From: Candidatus Omnitrophota bacterium
GTDB lineage: Bacteria; Omnitrophota; Gorgyraeia; Duberdicusellales; Duberdicusellaceae
NCBI GenBank assembly: GCA_016932855.1
Contig: JAFGCB010000030.1
Location: forward strand, 475-64,474
Direction: 5' to 3'
Length of the DNA stretch: 64,000 nucleotides
The position numbers and the translations under genes are program-made. Position 1 is the stretch's first letter; each line of letters opens with the position of its first letter. Below are positions 17,466 through 27,850 of the stretch, piece by piece. The notes beneath the pieces were generated by a model. It was not told the origin of the DNA, did no database searches, and was given only the letters and a program-made list of their open reading frames with translations.

Positions 17466-20141
17466 ATGCCGATATGGAAAATAAAAGATAGACAGCAAGG
17501 GGTTTTTTCCATTGAAAATCCTCAAGATTTTTCGGATTTCTACCTCGGCCTTACTAACACCCAAGGAAAAATCTTCTGCTGCATATCCCCTTTTCTATCC
17601 GGGGATATTAAAACCTCAATACATAACTACCTTAATTACCCGGCTACGGTATTTGACCTAAAAAGCCCGGCGCACACCAGAAGCCTCTGGCTTTACTTTA
17701 ACAAAAAGAACATAATCAACATATCCCACCTTTGGCCTACTCAAGATAAACTGACTCTTGAAGCCGGTCCTTTATGGCAGAAACTTACCCGGGAAAATAA
17801 GTCACGCAATCTTAAAATCGAAACGACCAGCTTTGTGCCTGAAGGGACTGAAATTGAAATTATGTGGATAAAAATAACCAACAGGGCAAAATATAAACAG
17901 GAATTTACCGCCACAACCAGCATACCTCTATTCTGCCGGGCCCAGGAAAATATCATTGACCACAGGCACGTAACTTCCCTTTTAAACAGAGCCTATCCGG
18001 AAAAAGAAGGCCTTATCATCAAACCTGCAATGTCTTTTGACGAAAGAGGCCACAAAAAGAATAAAACATCCTATTTTGTCTTTGCTTTTACCGACAAAAA
18101 AAGAGGTCTGGAAGGGATATTCTCTACTTTAGATGAGTTTTACGGAAAAAATGGGAATATCATCTGGCCGGAAAGCGTCTTTCTAAATAAAAAACCTAAG
18201 AATATAGACAAAGTTTGGGGTAAAGAAAACATAGCCGGCCTTAAATTTAAAAAGCATAGCTTAAAACCCAAGGAAAGCCTTAATATCTTTCTGGTTATGG
18301 GAATAACCGATAAAGACCCCGGAGGCGTTTTCAAGGGATTTTCTGAACCGGATAAAATTTATAAGGCTTTTAAAGAAAGTAAAAAAGCCTGGGCTAAAAT
18401 ATTCAGTAAACTTAACTCCTCAAGCGGCAATAACTTATTCGATTTCTGGCTAAGCTGGGTAAACCTGCAGCCTACTTTAAGAAAGCTTTTCGGCTGCTCG
18501 TTTTTAGCCCACTTTGACTACGGAAAAGGCGGGCGAGGCTGGAGAGACTTATGGCAGGATTTATTAAGCCTTCTTTTAATCAACCCAAGCCAAGTAAAGA
18601 AAAACCTTATAAGAAACTTTCAAGGAATAAGAATTGACGGAAGTAACGCCACTATCATAACTAAGGATAATGATTTTATCTCCGACCGCAATAAAATATC
18701 CCGGGTCTGGATGGACCACGGAGTCTGGCCGTATCTAACAACTAAACTTTACATCGACAGGACCGCTGACTGGGATATCCTGTTTAAAAAAGTAAGCTTC
18801 TTTCGCGACCATCAATTAAAAAGGGCAAAAGAGCAAAATTTCGGCTTTTTTGCGAGTAAACGCCGAGGCTTTGAGTTAAAAGATGGGAAAAACAGAACCC
18901 ACAAAAGCAGTATTCTTGAGCATCTCCTAGTCCAAAATATAGTTCAGTTCTTTAATATTGGAACCCACGGCAATACTAAGCTTGAAAATGCCGACTGGAA
19001 CGACGCTCTGGATATGGCGGCTGAAAAAGGCGAAAGCGTAGCTTTTACCTGCATGTATGCCTGTAATCTTGAAAGCCTTGCCAATCTTATTAAAGAAATC
19101 AAGCTCAAGAAAAAAATAAACCAAATAGAAATAACTAAAGAGCTGTTGACTCTAATCGATACCGCCGGAGCAAAAATAGACTATTCGGATTTAAATAAAC
19201 GTGGAACCTTGCTTAAAAAATACCTGGAAATAACAAAGTCTCAAGTAGAAGGAAAAAAAGTAAAGATAAACATAGATATTCTTATAAATGACTTAACCCG
19301 TAAGGCTTCCTGGATAAAAAACCATATCCAAACTAAAGAATGGCAGAAAGATGCAGGTTTTTTTAACGGTTATTATGACAATAACTCTCGAAGAGTAGAA
19401 GGCAGGTTTAATAACAAAATAAGAATGTCGCTTACCTCCCAGGTTTTTCCCTTAATGAGCAAGATAGCTACAACTTCCCAAGCTAAAAGAATCTGGGAAT
19501 CTTTAGTTAAATATTTAAAAGAAGGAAATTATTCCGCCTTCAGGCTTAATACTGACTTCGGAGAAATTAAGCTTGATTTAGGAAGGGCTTTTGGCTTTTC
19601 CTACGGCGATAAGGAAAATGGCTCGGTATTTTCTCACATGAATGTAATGCTTGCCTTCAGCCTCTATGAACAAAACTTGGTAAAAGAAGGTCTATCGGTA
19701 ATTGAATCTCTGTTCGGGCTGGCTACATCAAAAGAGTCCCGTATCGGACCCGGCCTTGCCGAGTATTTCAACCTGGAACATAAAGGCTTATATCCTTATC
19801 TTACCGGCTCAGCCAGCTGGTTTATTCTTGTCTGGATACGGCAAGCAATAGGGCTAAAGTTTAGGCAAGGTAATATAATTTTTGAACCTAAGCTTTTAGC
19901 AAAACAATTCGCCAAAGACTCATCTTTAAAAACTATCTTAAATCTTGAAGGAAAAATACTTAATATTACCTATTTAAATCCCAAGAAAAAAGACTGGCCT
20001 AACTATACTTTAGAAAAGGTCAGAATAAACGCAAAAGCAATCAAGCTAAATAAAAAACTTAAAAGCCTTGAACTTAACTCTTTACAAACCAAAAAACTTT
20101 TAAGTCTTCCTGAAAATAGCGTGGAAATTACTTTTGGGTAG
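17466..20141 (+). CDS. GH94-type glycoside phosphorylase (laminaribiose phosphorylase-like)
   Basis: DHRHVTSLLNR, DYGKGGRGWRDLWQD, ADWNDALD, KENGSVFSHM, YLTGSASW. Confidence 0.82.
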   Translation: MPIWKIKDRQQGVFSIENPQDFSDFYLGLTNTQGKIFCCISPFLSGDIKTSIHNYLNYPATVFDLKSPAHTRSLWLYFNKKNIINISHLWPTQDKLTLEAGPLWQKLTRENKSRNLKIETTSFVPEGTEIEIMWIKITNRAKYKQEFTATTSIPLFCRAQENIIDHRHVTSLLNRAYPEKEGLIIKPAMSFDERGHKKNKTSYFVFAFTDKKRGLEGIFSTLDEFYGKNGNIIWPESVFLNKKPKNIDKVWGKENIAGLKFKKHSLKPKESLNIFLVMGITDKDPGGVFKGFSEPDKIYKAFKESKKAWAKIFSKLNSSSGNNLFDFWLSWVNLQPTLRKLFGCSFLAHFDYGKGGRGWRDLWQDLLSLLLINPSQVKKNLIRNFQGIRIDGSNATIITKDNDFISDRNKISRVWMDHGVWPYLTTKLYIDRTADWDILFKKVSFFRDHQLKRAKEQNFGFFASKRRGFELKDGKNRTHKSSILEHLLVQNIVQFFNIGTHGNTKLENADWNDALDMAAEKGESVAFTCMYACNLESLANLIKEIKLKKKINQIEITKELLTLIDTAGAKIDYSDLNKRGTLLKKYLEITKSQVEGKKVKINIDILINDLTRKASWIKNHIQTKEWQKDAGFFNGYYDNNSRRVEGRFNNKIRMSLTSQVFPLMSKIATTSQAKRIWESLVKYLKEGNYSAFRLNTDFGEIKLDLGRAFGFSYGDKENGSVFSHMNVMLAFSLYEQNLVKEGLSVIESLFGLATSKESRIGPGLAEYFNLEHKGLYPYLTGSASWFILVWIRQAIGLKFRQGNIIFEPKLLAKQFAKDSSLKTILNLEGKILNITYLNPKKKDWPNYTLEKVRINAKAIKLNKKLKSLELNSLQTKKLLSLPENSVEITFG

Positions 20142-20592
20142 GCTGGTTAATTAATTCGTATTCCGTCCTCTTATATCTAGCCTGGAAGCTAAAATCCTCA
20201 ATCTCTTCCATTAGGAAATCAACAAGCTGCTGACCTTTTTTACCGCGGACTCTGGCTAATCGTATTTCTTTGGATATAAAGTTTCTCAAGCTCTTGGAGG
20301 GGACTTTTTGCGACTGAATCAACACGGCGAGCTCTTTAAATATCGTTAGTTGGCCCTTAAATCCTATCTTTTCCCGAAGAAGATAACTTAGTATGGCGTA
20401 GACATCTTCCTTGTATATACCTGCCTCCAATAGGCTTACAATCGAAGGCTTAAGCAATTCAAATTCTTGACTGCTAAGCCGCTTGTTAGGAATAAGCTTA
20501 CCTTCAAACCAGGAAATCTGTTTTGAAAAATCGGAAGAATATACTGAAAAGACAAAAATAAAACATGCGAAAAGAAGACATATTCTTTTCAT
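20128..20592 (-). CDS. Hypothetical exported protein
   Basis: 154-aa ORF with signal-peptide-like N terminus. Confidence 0.65.
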   Translation of the reverse strand: MKRICLLFACFIFVFSVYSSDFSKQISWFEGKLIPNKRLSSQEFELLKPSIVSLLEAGIYKEDVYAILSYLLREKIGFKGQLTIFKELAVLIQSQKVPSKSLRNFISKEIRLARVRGKKGQQLVDFLMEEIEDFSFQARYKRTEYELINQPTQK

Positions 20593-20604
20593 TATTCGAA
20601 AGAC

Positions 20605-20733
20605 AGGCCTTGCGCCTGTCCGTTATATAATACTTGATTTTGTAACGGGCCGACACAGGGGTCGGCCCCTGCAATATTTTCAATAATAATCATATTCTTT
20701 GTATGTATTCTGCTAAGACAAATGCAGGCTTAA
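20605..20733 (+). repeat. ~130-bp dispersed element, copy 1
   Basis: High-identity reverse complement of 46421-46550; internal palindrome GGGCCGAC-acaggg-GTCGGCCC. Confidence 0.85.
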
Positions 20734-20739
20734 AAAAAA

Positions 20740-20997
20740 TTATTCTTCTGTTAGCTTGTAGACTTTATCGTTGGGGTGGACTCTATCCTTAACTTTTATG
20801 CCCACCGCATCGCCGGCCTTAGCTTCCTGAATACTTTCGTGCTCTACCTGCATGGATTCCACAACCTGGGTAAAATCAGTGTGAGCCCCTTTTAGATGGA
20901 TAGTGTCACCTGCTTTTAGACTGTCGGTAAGTTCGATAATCCCCGCGGATACTTTACCGAAGTAATGGGTGATCTTTCCGATTTCTTTTTCCTGCAT
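20740..20997 (-). CDS. Small translation-elongation-factor-like beta-barrel protein
   Basis: IGKITHYFGK, TDFTQVVESMQVEH, GDAVGIKV. Confidence 0.75.
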   Translation of the reverse strand: MQEKEIGKITHYFGKVSAGIIELTDSLKAGDTIHLKGAHTDFTQVVESMQVEHESIQEAKAGDAVGIKVKDRVHPNDKVYKLTEE

Positions 20998-21039
20998 GGC
21001 CTATCTCCCTTTTTATGGCAACCTGAAACGCATCTTTTA

Positions 21040-21113
21040 GGGTATCGGGTATGGGGTATAGCGTATCGTCATCCTTATATTTTCCAATACCCGAAACCCG
21101 ACGCCCGACAACC
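21040..21113. repeat. Head-to-head heptamer array (GGGTATC / ACCCGAn)
   Basis: gggtatcgggtatggggtatagcgtatcg ... atacccgaaacccgacgcccgacaacc. Confidence 0.75.
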
Positions 21114-21128
21114 TATAAATTAACCAAA

Positions 21129-22211
21129 TCAAGATTTTTTCACGTACTTATAAGTGCCTTCCTGATCAAGGTTAACTGCCGATATGGGGAAAGGAATTAC
21201 TATGCCTTCCTTAACGTAACGTTCATGAAGGCGCTTAATAAACTCGTGCTTTATTAGATAATTATCAACAAACTCCTTTGCCCTTAAAATAACAGTAAAA
21301 TCTATGCTGTAAGCATTAAAGGTGTGATAGCGGATAAACGGCTCGAATTCAGGCACTCCGCCCTGAACTTCCTTCATGACTTCTTTGCCCACTTCAATCG
21401 TTACAATCTCAACCTTCTTTAAATCAGATTCGTAGTGAACCCCGACCTGCACTAAGACCGCCAGTTCCTGCTCAGGGTAATAATAATTCAGAACCTTGGA
21501 ATTAACCAGCACCTTATTGGGTATAACTACCACATTATTAGGAAGCATCCTTATCCAGGTAGAGCGCCAGCCTATCTTTGTGACATAACCTTCCTCTCCT
21601 GAATCAAGCTTTACAAACTGACCTACCCGTATGGGCCGATCAATAACAATCTGAATTCCCGAGAAAAAATTCTCCAGGGTCGGCTGAAGAGCCAGGGCCA
21701 CTGCCAGAGAACCGATGCCTAAAGAAGCCAAAATAGGAGTAATCGATATACCGAAGCTATCAAGAAGTATAAGCAGCCCCAATCCGATTACCACAACCCT
21801 TACAATGCCCTGAGTCACTCCCCGGGAAGTCCGAAGTATATCTATTTTATGAGCATAAAACTCTATCAGATTCTTTAAAAGCCTGTCTAAAAATAAAATC
21901 ACCGCTATTATAGTAGTAGCTTTAAGACCGATAATAAAAATCCGGATAAGCTCGTTTTCTTCTCCCAAAGGCAGAATATTCCCTAAAATCGCACCGCCGC
22001 TAACGAATATTAAAAGGGTAAGGGGAAAATCCAAAGCGCCAACAAAGATATCGTCAAGCTTTGTCTTTGTCTTTGTGGCAATCCTTCGTATTTGTTTAAA
22101 TAAAAATGCTTTTACAAGCAAAAGGAGGCTTACCCAAATGAAATAAATTACCGGGGCAAGTATCCCTACCGAAATTTTAAATCCGAAAATAGCTACTTCT
22201 TTCATCTGCAT
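21129..22211 (-). CDS. Small-conductance mechanosensitive channel (MscS family)
   Basis: ILASLGIGSLAVALALQPTLENFFSG, GYVTKIGWRST, IPFP. Confidence 0.92.
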   Translation of the reverse strand: MQMKEVAIFGFKISVGILAPVIYFIWVSLLLLVKAFLFKQIRRIATKTKTKLDDIFVGALDFPLTLLIFVSGGAILGNILPLGEENELIRIFIIGLKATTIIAVILFLDRLLKNLIEFYAHKIDILRTSRGVTQGIVRVVVIGLGLLILLDSFGISITPILASLGIGSLAVALALQPTLENFFSGIQIVIDRPIRVGQFVKLDSGEEGYVTKIGWRSTWIRMLPNNVVVIPNKVLVNSKVLNYYYPEQELAVLVQVGVHYESDLKKVEIVTIEVGKEVMKEVQGGVPEFEPFIRYHTFNAYSIDFTVILRAKEFVDNYLIKHEFIKRLHERYVKEGIVIPFPISAVNLDQEGTYKYVKKS

Positions 22212-22339
22212 GCCTCCTTAATTTCAAGGGCTGAATTCGGTTATAAACTTGGCCTAGGCTCCGCATCCGTAAGCCTCGACCTCAACCGATTTTATCACAG
22301 CTAAAAAATATCAACAAGCCCAAATATATCCCTATTTTA

Positions 22340-23083
22340 TTAATAATACACCTTCCACAGATAAAGGCCGTAAGCCGGAGCCGGCTTTCCGATAAAAGAA
22401 CGGTCCTTTGAAAGAATAGCCTTCTTTGCCTGGCCTATATCGACTTTTCCCAAGCCTATATCTACCAAGAAGCTTACTATGTTGCGCGCCATTCCTCTTA
22501 AAAAACCATTAGCTTTAATATCAATGCATATAAAATCATTCTTCTTCCGGATGCTTATCTTTTTAATCTCCCTTATACAGCTCGAATATTCGGCTTTTTG
22601 AGCAAATGTGGACAGATTCTTCCTGCCCAGGAAATTGCGGGACGCTTTTCTCATCCGCGTTAGATTAATATACCTGGGAATCCACCAGGAGTAATTTCTC
22701 GAGAAAACATCCGGCTGTCCTTTATTAAGGATCATATACCGGTAAGTCTTTGATTTTGCTGAAAAGCGGGAATGGAAATCCGAAGAAACGAAAGAGATCT
22801 TCCTGATATAAATATCATTAGGCAAGTAAGAATTCAAGGCTCTTTTTATATTCTTCTTCTGTATACTGGTATCAATCTTGAAATTTGCGTATTGACAATT
22901 AGCATGCACTGCCTTATCGGTTCTTCCCGAAGAGACTATCCGCACTCTTTTCCTGAAAAGCCTCTTAATTGCTTTCTCCACCTCCTGCTGAACAGTCTTT
23001 AGCCTTCTTTTCTTCGGTTGAATTTGCCAACCGCGGTAATTGGCACCATCATATTGTAGCTGAATACAAATATTCTTAAGCAT
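22340..23083 (-). CDS. truA: tRNA pseudouridine(38-40) synthase
   Basis: YDGANYRGWQ, SGRTDKAVHA, FHSRFSA, APAYGLYL. Confidence 0.95.
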   Translation of the reverse strand: MLKNICIQLQYDGANYRGWQIQPKKRRLKTVQQEVEKAIKRLFRKRVRIVSSGRTDKAVHANCQYANFKIDTSIQKKNIKRALNSYLPNDIYIRKISFVSSDFHSRFSAKSKTYRYMILNKGQPDVFSRNYSWWIPRYINLTRMRKASRNFLGRKNLSTFAQKAEYSSCIREIKKISIRKKNDFICIDIKANGFLRGMARNIVSFLVDIGLGKVDIGQAKKAILSKDRSFIGKPAPAYGLYLWKVYY

Positions 23084-23172
23084 TTAGTAACCTTAGACTT
23101 TCCTGGTTAACACTGGTCGTTATCGCATTTATAAAACGGCGAGATGAAAAAGAAATCTATTCGCAATCTAGA

Positions 23173-24207
23173 TTATAAGACTAGAAGATTTTCGGCGATC
23201 TGAACAGCGTTTAGAGCCGCTCCCTTGCGAAGATTATCCGAAACGCACCAAAGCCAGAACGAACTCTTGTTAAATGAATCTCTACGAAGCCTGCCCACGA
23301 ATACTTCATCCTTACCTTCAGCCTCTAAAGGAAGAGCAAAACTCTGGCTATCTTCATAAAAAACCACTCCCTCTGATTCTTTTAAAGCTCTGCTTATATC
23401 TTCCAAAGAAGCGTCTTTTTTTGTTTTAAAATAAACCGCCTCGCAATGAGAAGTAAACACAGGCACTCTTACACAGGTAGAAGTAATCTTAATTGACGGA
23501 TCAGCGAATATCTTATGAGTCTCATCTACGGTCTTAAGCTCCTCGCTTGTGTAATTATCCCGGCTGAAGCCTCCGATCTTGGGGATAACGTTAAAGGCTA
23601 TCTGACCGGCGAAAATATCAGAATCTCCGGATGCATTTTTATCCAAAGCGTCTAAGTTCTTACCTCTATTAGCCTCGGCTATTTCACTTGTCTCGTCCCA
23701 TAACCTCTGGCTGGCTTTTTTTCCGGCTCCGGAGGTAGCCTGAAAGCTGGTAAGAATAATCTGCTCAAGCTTAAAACGCTTTTGTATCTGGGCTAAAGCC
23801 ACGACCATCTGAATAGTAGTGCAGTTAGGATTAGCGATTAAACCCTTATGGCCTCTTATGCTTTCTTTATTTACTTCGGGAACCACTAAAGGCACTTCAT
23901 CTTTTAATCTAAAATCAGCTCCGTTATCAATAACCACCGCTCCTCTTTTTATAGCTTCATCGGCGTAAGTAACCGCAGCTCCTTTTTCTCCTTCGGTGCC
24001 GGCAAAAAGGGCGATATCAATACCCTCAAACCCTTTAGGATCAATAGCCTGTATGCTATAGGTATCGCCGTCTATGTCCGTATCCCGGGCAGTTCTTGCA
24101 AATATAGAAAGCTTGGCAAAGGGAAATTTACGCTGCTTAAGACAGCGGATCATCTCCACTCCCACGGCTCCAATACCAACCACAACTACATTAGGTATTT
24201 TGTTCAT
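23173..24207 (-). CDS. asd: Aspartate-semialdehyde dehydrogenase
   Basis: PLVVPEVN, ANPNCTT, TCVRVPV, DNLRKGAALNAVQIAE. Confidence 0.96.
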   Translation of the reverse strand: MNKIPNVVVVGIGAVGVEMIRCLKQRKFPFAKLSIFARTARDTDIDGDTYSIQAIDPKGFEGIDIALFAGTEGEKGAAVTYADEAIKRGAVVIDNGADFRLKDEVPLVVPEVNKESIRGHKGLIANPNCTTIQMVVALAQIQKRFKLEQIILTSFQATSGAGKKASQRLWDETSEIAEANRGKNLDALDKNASGDSDIFAGQIAFNVIPKIGGFSRDNYTSEELKTVDETHKIFADPSIKITSTCVRVPVFTSHCEAVYFKTKKDASLEDISRALKESEGVVFYEDSQSFALPLEAEGKDEVFVGRLRRDSFNKSSFWLWCVSDNLRKGAALNAVQIAENLLVL

Positions 24208-24211
24208 AACT

Positions 24212-25273
24212 CTATCCTATAGCCGCCGCCACTAAATCTCCTACCTGACTTGTAGAATAACCCATTTTTCCGGCTGAAAGACTCTTTAATTTTTCTTTTA
24301 CCACCTTTATAACTGCCTGTTCGACCTTCCTGGCGGCTTCATCCTGACCTATAAATTCAAGAAGCATCGAAAGAGCGCAAATAGCAGCCAAGGGATTTAT
24401 TACGTCTTTGCCTGTATATTTAGGAGCGCTTCCTCCGATAGGTTCAAACATGCCCACGCCCCGAGGGTTGATGTTGCCGCCAGCGGCTATACCCATGCCG
24501 CCCTGCACCATGGCTCCCAGATCAGTAATAATATCTCCGAACATGTTATCGGTGACAATAACGTCGAACCATTCGGGATTTTTAACCATCCACATACAAG
24601 TAGCGTCAACGTGAGCGTAATCAGTCTTTATGTCAGGATAATCCTTTGACACCTTATGAAAAGTCCTTTCCCACAAATCAAAGGCATAAGTGAGAACATT
24701 GGTTTTGCCGCAAAGGGTGACCTGTTTTTTCTGATTCCTTTTTTTCGCGTATTCAAAAGCAAAGCGTATAGTCCGCTCAACGCCTTTATAGGTATTGATG
24801 CTCTCCTGAATTGCCACCTCAAAAGCAGTATCTTTCCTCAAAAAACCGCCCGCCCCGCAATAAAGGCCTTCGGTATTTTCCCTTACTACCACAAAATCAA
24901 CGTCTTTTTCTTCTTTGTCCCTCAAAGGACAGAAGCGTTTATCGTAAAGCTTTACCGGCCTTAAGTTTATATACTGATCCAGCTCAAACCGCAGCCTTAG
25001 CAGTATACCCTTCTCCAAAATTCCCGGCTTTACCCTGGGATCACCGATAGCGCCTAGATAAATAGCGTCAAAAGTTTTAAGCTCCTCTACCGCGCCTTCA
25101 GGAAGCACTTCTTCTGTCTTAAGAAATCTCTCACCGCCGAAATCAAATCCTTTAGTCTCGTATTTAAAATTAAACTTTGACCCAGCGGCTCTTAAAACCT
25201 TAAGACCTTCATTTACAACCTCAGGGCCTGTACCGTCACCGGGGATAACCGCAATTTTGTAAGTTTTGGACAT
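24212..25273 (-). CDS. leuB: 3-isopropylmalate dehydrogenase
   Basis: [29 protein letters not shown]; next to leuCD. Confidence 0.93.
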   Translation of the reverse strand: MSKTYKIAVIPGDGTGPEVVNEGLKVLRAAGSKFNFKYETKGFDFGGERFLKTEEVLPEGAVEELKTFDAIYLGAIGDPRVKPGILEKGILLRLRFELDQYINLRPVKLYDKRFCPLRDKEEKDVDFVVVRENTEGLYCGAGGFLRKDTAFEVAIQESINTYKGVERTIRFAFEYAKKRNQKKQVTLCGKTNVLTYAFDLWERTFHKVSKDYPDIKTDYAHVDATCMWMVKNPEWFDVIVTDNMFGDIITDLGAMVQGGMGIAAGGNINPRGVGMFEPIGGSAPKYTGKDVINPLAAICALSMLLEFIGQDEAARKVEQAVIKVVKEKLKSLSAGKMGYSTSQVGDLVAAAIG

Positions 25274-25374
25274 ATCGTGCTCTCTCTTTCTTAAGACCTT
25301 AAGTCCCTATCAGGACTCGAGGTAAATGAGATCCAGACTTACATTCGCTAAAGCTCCACAAGCCTAGACCTCAT

Positions 25375-25608
25375 TTACATTTCTGCTATCCAGGAAATTC
25401 TCTCCTTATTAACAGCCAGGAAATCTTTATCTTCCAAGAACTCACCCTGCCAATCATAGACCTTTGAATCGGTAATAGCCACAAATCTAAAACGGCGGGC
25501 ATTAAGAAAATCCGAAGGGCGCTGACCCTCGGGAACAGAAATAAATCCTTCTATTCTGTAACCGGGCATGGATATAGCGACTTTTACTCTTTTTATCGGC
25601 TTTCTCAA
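25375..25608 (-). CDS. Small conserved hypothetical protein (DUF6812-like)
   Basis: IEGFISVPEGQRPSDFLN...FVAITD...FLAVNKERI; TTG start at 25608 preceded by AGGGG SD. Confidence 0.6.
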   Translation of the reverse strand: MRKPIKRVKVAISMPGYRIEGFISVPEGQRPSDFLNARRFRFVAITDSKVYDWQGEFLEDKDFLAVNKERISWIAEM

Positions 25609-25684
25609 TTTATTACCCCTTTCTTCAATGAGCGCACAACTTATGGAATCCAAAGGATAACATAAGTTGTATGCGCGAACTGAA

Positions 25685-25731
25685 TCCCGCACCTTTATCT
25701 TATTCATAATGAATAGTTCAAAGGTGCGGAA
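25685..25731. repeat. REP-like palindrome, same family as 9249-9302
   Basis: CCCGCACCTTT...TATTCAT-AATGAATA...AAAGGTGCGG. Confidence 0.8.
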
Positions 25732-25750
25732 CAAAACTTGGCCATGCAAC

Positions 25751-26263
25751 TTACCTCATTTTATTCCGTAAGTTGCGACCTCGTTTCGTCCAATTAATCA
25801 ACCCTCCCGAAGTAATAATCCGGCGTAAAAACCCGGGAAATTTCTCGGAGTTAATAATCCTGTTTTTACCTAATATTTTAATCTCTCCTTTAGATAAATC
25901 AACCTCTAAATAATCGCCCTCTTTTATAGTGCGAGCCAGGCTGCATTCCAAAATAGGCAACCCTATATTTATGCTGTTTCTATAAAAAATACGGGCAAAA
26001 CTCTCGGCAATAACTAAACGCACCCCTGCGCCTTTAATCGCTACCGGAGCGTGCTCTCTTGAAGAACCGCATCCGAAATTCCTGCCACCGACTATTATAT
26101 CACCTGGCTTTAGCCGCCTAAAGAAATTAGGATCAATGTTCTCCATGCATTTTGAGCCTAAAAACTTAGCGTCCTGGGAATCCAAGTATTTAGCCGCGAT
26201 AATATCGTCGGTATTAATGTTATTACCGAACTTGTGAACTTTGCCTTTGATAATCATTCTCAC
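25751..26263 (-). CDS. leuD: 3-isopropylmalate dehydratase small subunit
   Basis: NINTDDII, NFGCGSSREHA, SFARIFYRN. Confidence 0.95.
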   Translation of the reverse strand: MRMIIKGKVHKFGNNINTDDIIAAKYLDSQDAKFLGSKCMENIDPNFFRRLKPGDIIVGGRNFGCGSSREHAPVAIKGAGVRLVIAESFARIFYRNSINIGLPILECSLARTIKEGDYLEVDLSKGEIKILGKNRIINSEKFPGFLRRIITSGGLINWTKRGRNLRNKMR

Positions 26264-26273
26264 TCCATCTGAC

Positions 26274-26380
26274 TGGTTACTATTGGTTACTATAAGTTAC
26301 TAGGGATTACTATTAGTTAGAGTAAGAATTTCTGCAACCATTAGTAACCGTTATTAACCATTAGTAACTTTTAGTAACCG
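26274..26380. repeat. Head-to-head decamer array (GGTTACTAnn / nnTAGTAACC), copy 1
   Basis: About five units per arm around an AATTTcTGCAAC spacer; homologue at 38977-39084. Confidence 0.85.
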
Positions 26381-26384
26381 TATT

Positions 26385-27671
26385 TTAGGTTACTTCTGCC
26401 GGATGAGTAATTCGCCCTTTTATGGCGCTTGCGGCAGCCACTGCTACCGAACTTAAGTAAACAAAGCTTTCGGGACTTCCCATCCTTCCGATAAAGTTTC
26501 TATTGGTTGTGGCTAGGGCTGTCTCGCCTTTTCCTAAAATGCCGGTATGGCCTCCTAAACAGGGACCACAGGTCGCCGGACTTACTATGCAACCCGCTTT
26601 TATAAAAACATCTATCAAGCCCTCTTTTAGAGCCTGCTTGTATATATTCGGGGTTGCCGGAATAACAATACTTCTTAGAGTTGAAGGTATTTTCTTTTTC
26701 CTTAATATCTTAGCGGCAATTCTTAAATCAGACAAACGGCCGTTTGTGCAAGAGCCGATAACTACCTGGCTTAATTTTACGCTTTTAAGCGAACTTGCCG
26801 GCTTTATATTGCTCGGCAGATGAGGACAGGCTACCTGAGGCTCAAGCTTAGAGATATCCCATTCATATATTCTTTCAAAAGACGCGTCTTTATCGCCTTT
26901 ATATTCGTTACGCGGTACGCGGTACGCAGTACGCGGTACTTTCTTGTTTTTTAAAGCCCTCTTTACATAGTCAAAAGTAATATCATCGGGCTCAATGATG
27001 CCGGTCTTTGCGCCGGCTTCAACAGCCATGTTACATATAGTAAATCTTGCGTCAATTCCCAAATTCCTAATAACCGGACCGGAAAACTGCATAACTTTAT
27101 ACAAAGCTCCGTCTACTCCGATATTGCCGATTGTGTAAAGAATTAAATCTTTTGCCTCCAGCCAGCGAGGGATCTTGCCTTTATATATAAACTTTAAAGT
27201 TTTGGGAACCCTAAACCAACACCTTCCGCTTGCCATACAAGCCGCTAAATCAGTGGAACCCACACCAAAAGAAGCAGCCCCCAAAGCGCCGTAAGTGCAA
27301 GTATGCGAATCAGCCCCGGTTATCAAATCAAAAGGCTTTATAAAACCCTGCTCGGGCAGAAAGACATGCTCTATGCCGCAGTTATTGATGTCAAAAAAAT
27401 TCTTAATCCTGAATTTAGCGGAAAATTCTCTTAAAAAAGAGACATTGTTTGCCGATTTAAAATCCCTGGCCGGGGTAAAATGATCGCAGACAAAGGCTAT
27501 TCGCCGGGGATTAAATACTTTATTTCTTCCGATTTTATAGAACTGCTTGACTGCCAAGGGACCGGTGATATCATTGGCAAAAGCAAAATCAACCTTTGCG
27601 TATACAAAGTCCTCCAGCTTCTTCTTGGACGAATGCTTAACTAATATCTTTTCAACCAATGTAAGTCCCAT
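26385..27671 (-). CDS. leuC: 3-isopropylmalate dehydratase large subunit
   Basis: DSHTCTYGA, IGSCTNGR, CGPCLG, TTNRNFIGRMG. Confidence 0.95.
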   Translation of the reverse strand: MGLTLVEKILVKHSSKKKLEDFVYAKVDFAFANDITGPLAVKQFYKIGRNKVFNPRRIAFVCDHFTPARDFKSANNVSFLREFSAKFRIKNFFDINNCGIEHVFLPEQGFIKPFDLITGADSHTCTYGALGAASFGVGSTDLAACMASGRCWFRVPKTLKFIYKGKIPRWLEAKDLILYTIGNIGVDGALYKVMQFSGPVIRNLGIDARFTICNMAVEAGAKTGIIEPDDITFDYVKRALKNKKVPRTAYRVPRNEYKGDKDASFERIYEWDISKLEPQVACPHLPSNIKPASSLKSVKLSQVVIGSCTNGRLSDLRIAAKILRKKKIPSTLRSIVIPATPNIYKQALKEGLIDVFIKAGCIVSPATCGPCLGGHTGILGKGETALATTNRNFIGRMGSPESFVYLSSVAVAAASAIKGRITHPAEVT

Positions 27672-27700
27672 AATATTCTTAATTTAATATAACGTTTGTT

Positions 27701-27828
27701 TCGGGTGTAGGGTTTCGGCCCTCCTGCGCTAAAGCTTCGGAGGACTGTCCGCCGAAGTCTTGACGAAGGCGGGGTGCGGGGTGTCGGAAGACTAACGATA
27801 CCCGATACCCGATGCGCGATGCCCGAAA
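27701..27828 (+). repeat. Composite heptamer array with internal REP-like double hairpin, copy 1
   Basis: Core 27717-27774 GGCCCTCC...CCGCCGAAGTCTTGACGAAGGCGGGG; inverted copy at 37417-37546. Confidence 0.88.
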
Positions 27829-27850
27829 GCATGCACAACACTTAATTATA

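Noticed and set aside
17259-17564. ORFs 17259-17564 and 17309-17512
   Set aside because: Translations of short tandem repeats, overlapping the GH94 start on the opposite strand
25609-25749. N-terminal 47 aa of ORF 25375-25749
   Set aside because: Covers a palindromic repeat; a TTG with a good SD at 25608 is the better start
27641-27841. ORF with PPSSRLRR..LRSFSAGGPKP, also at 37465-37653
   Set aside because: The shared peptide is a translation of the non-coding composite repeat; no SD or family motif
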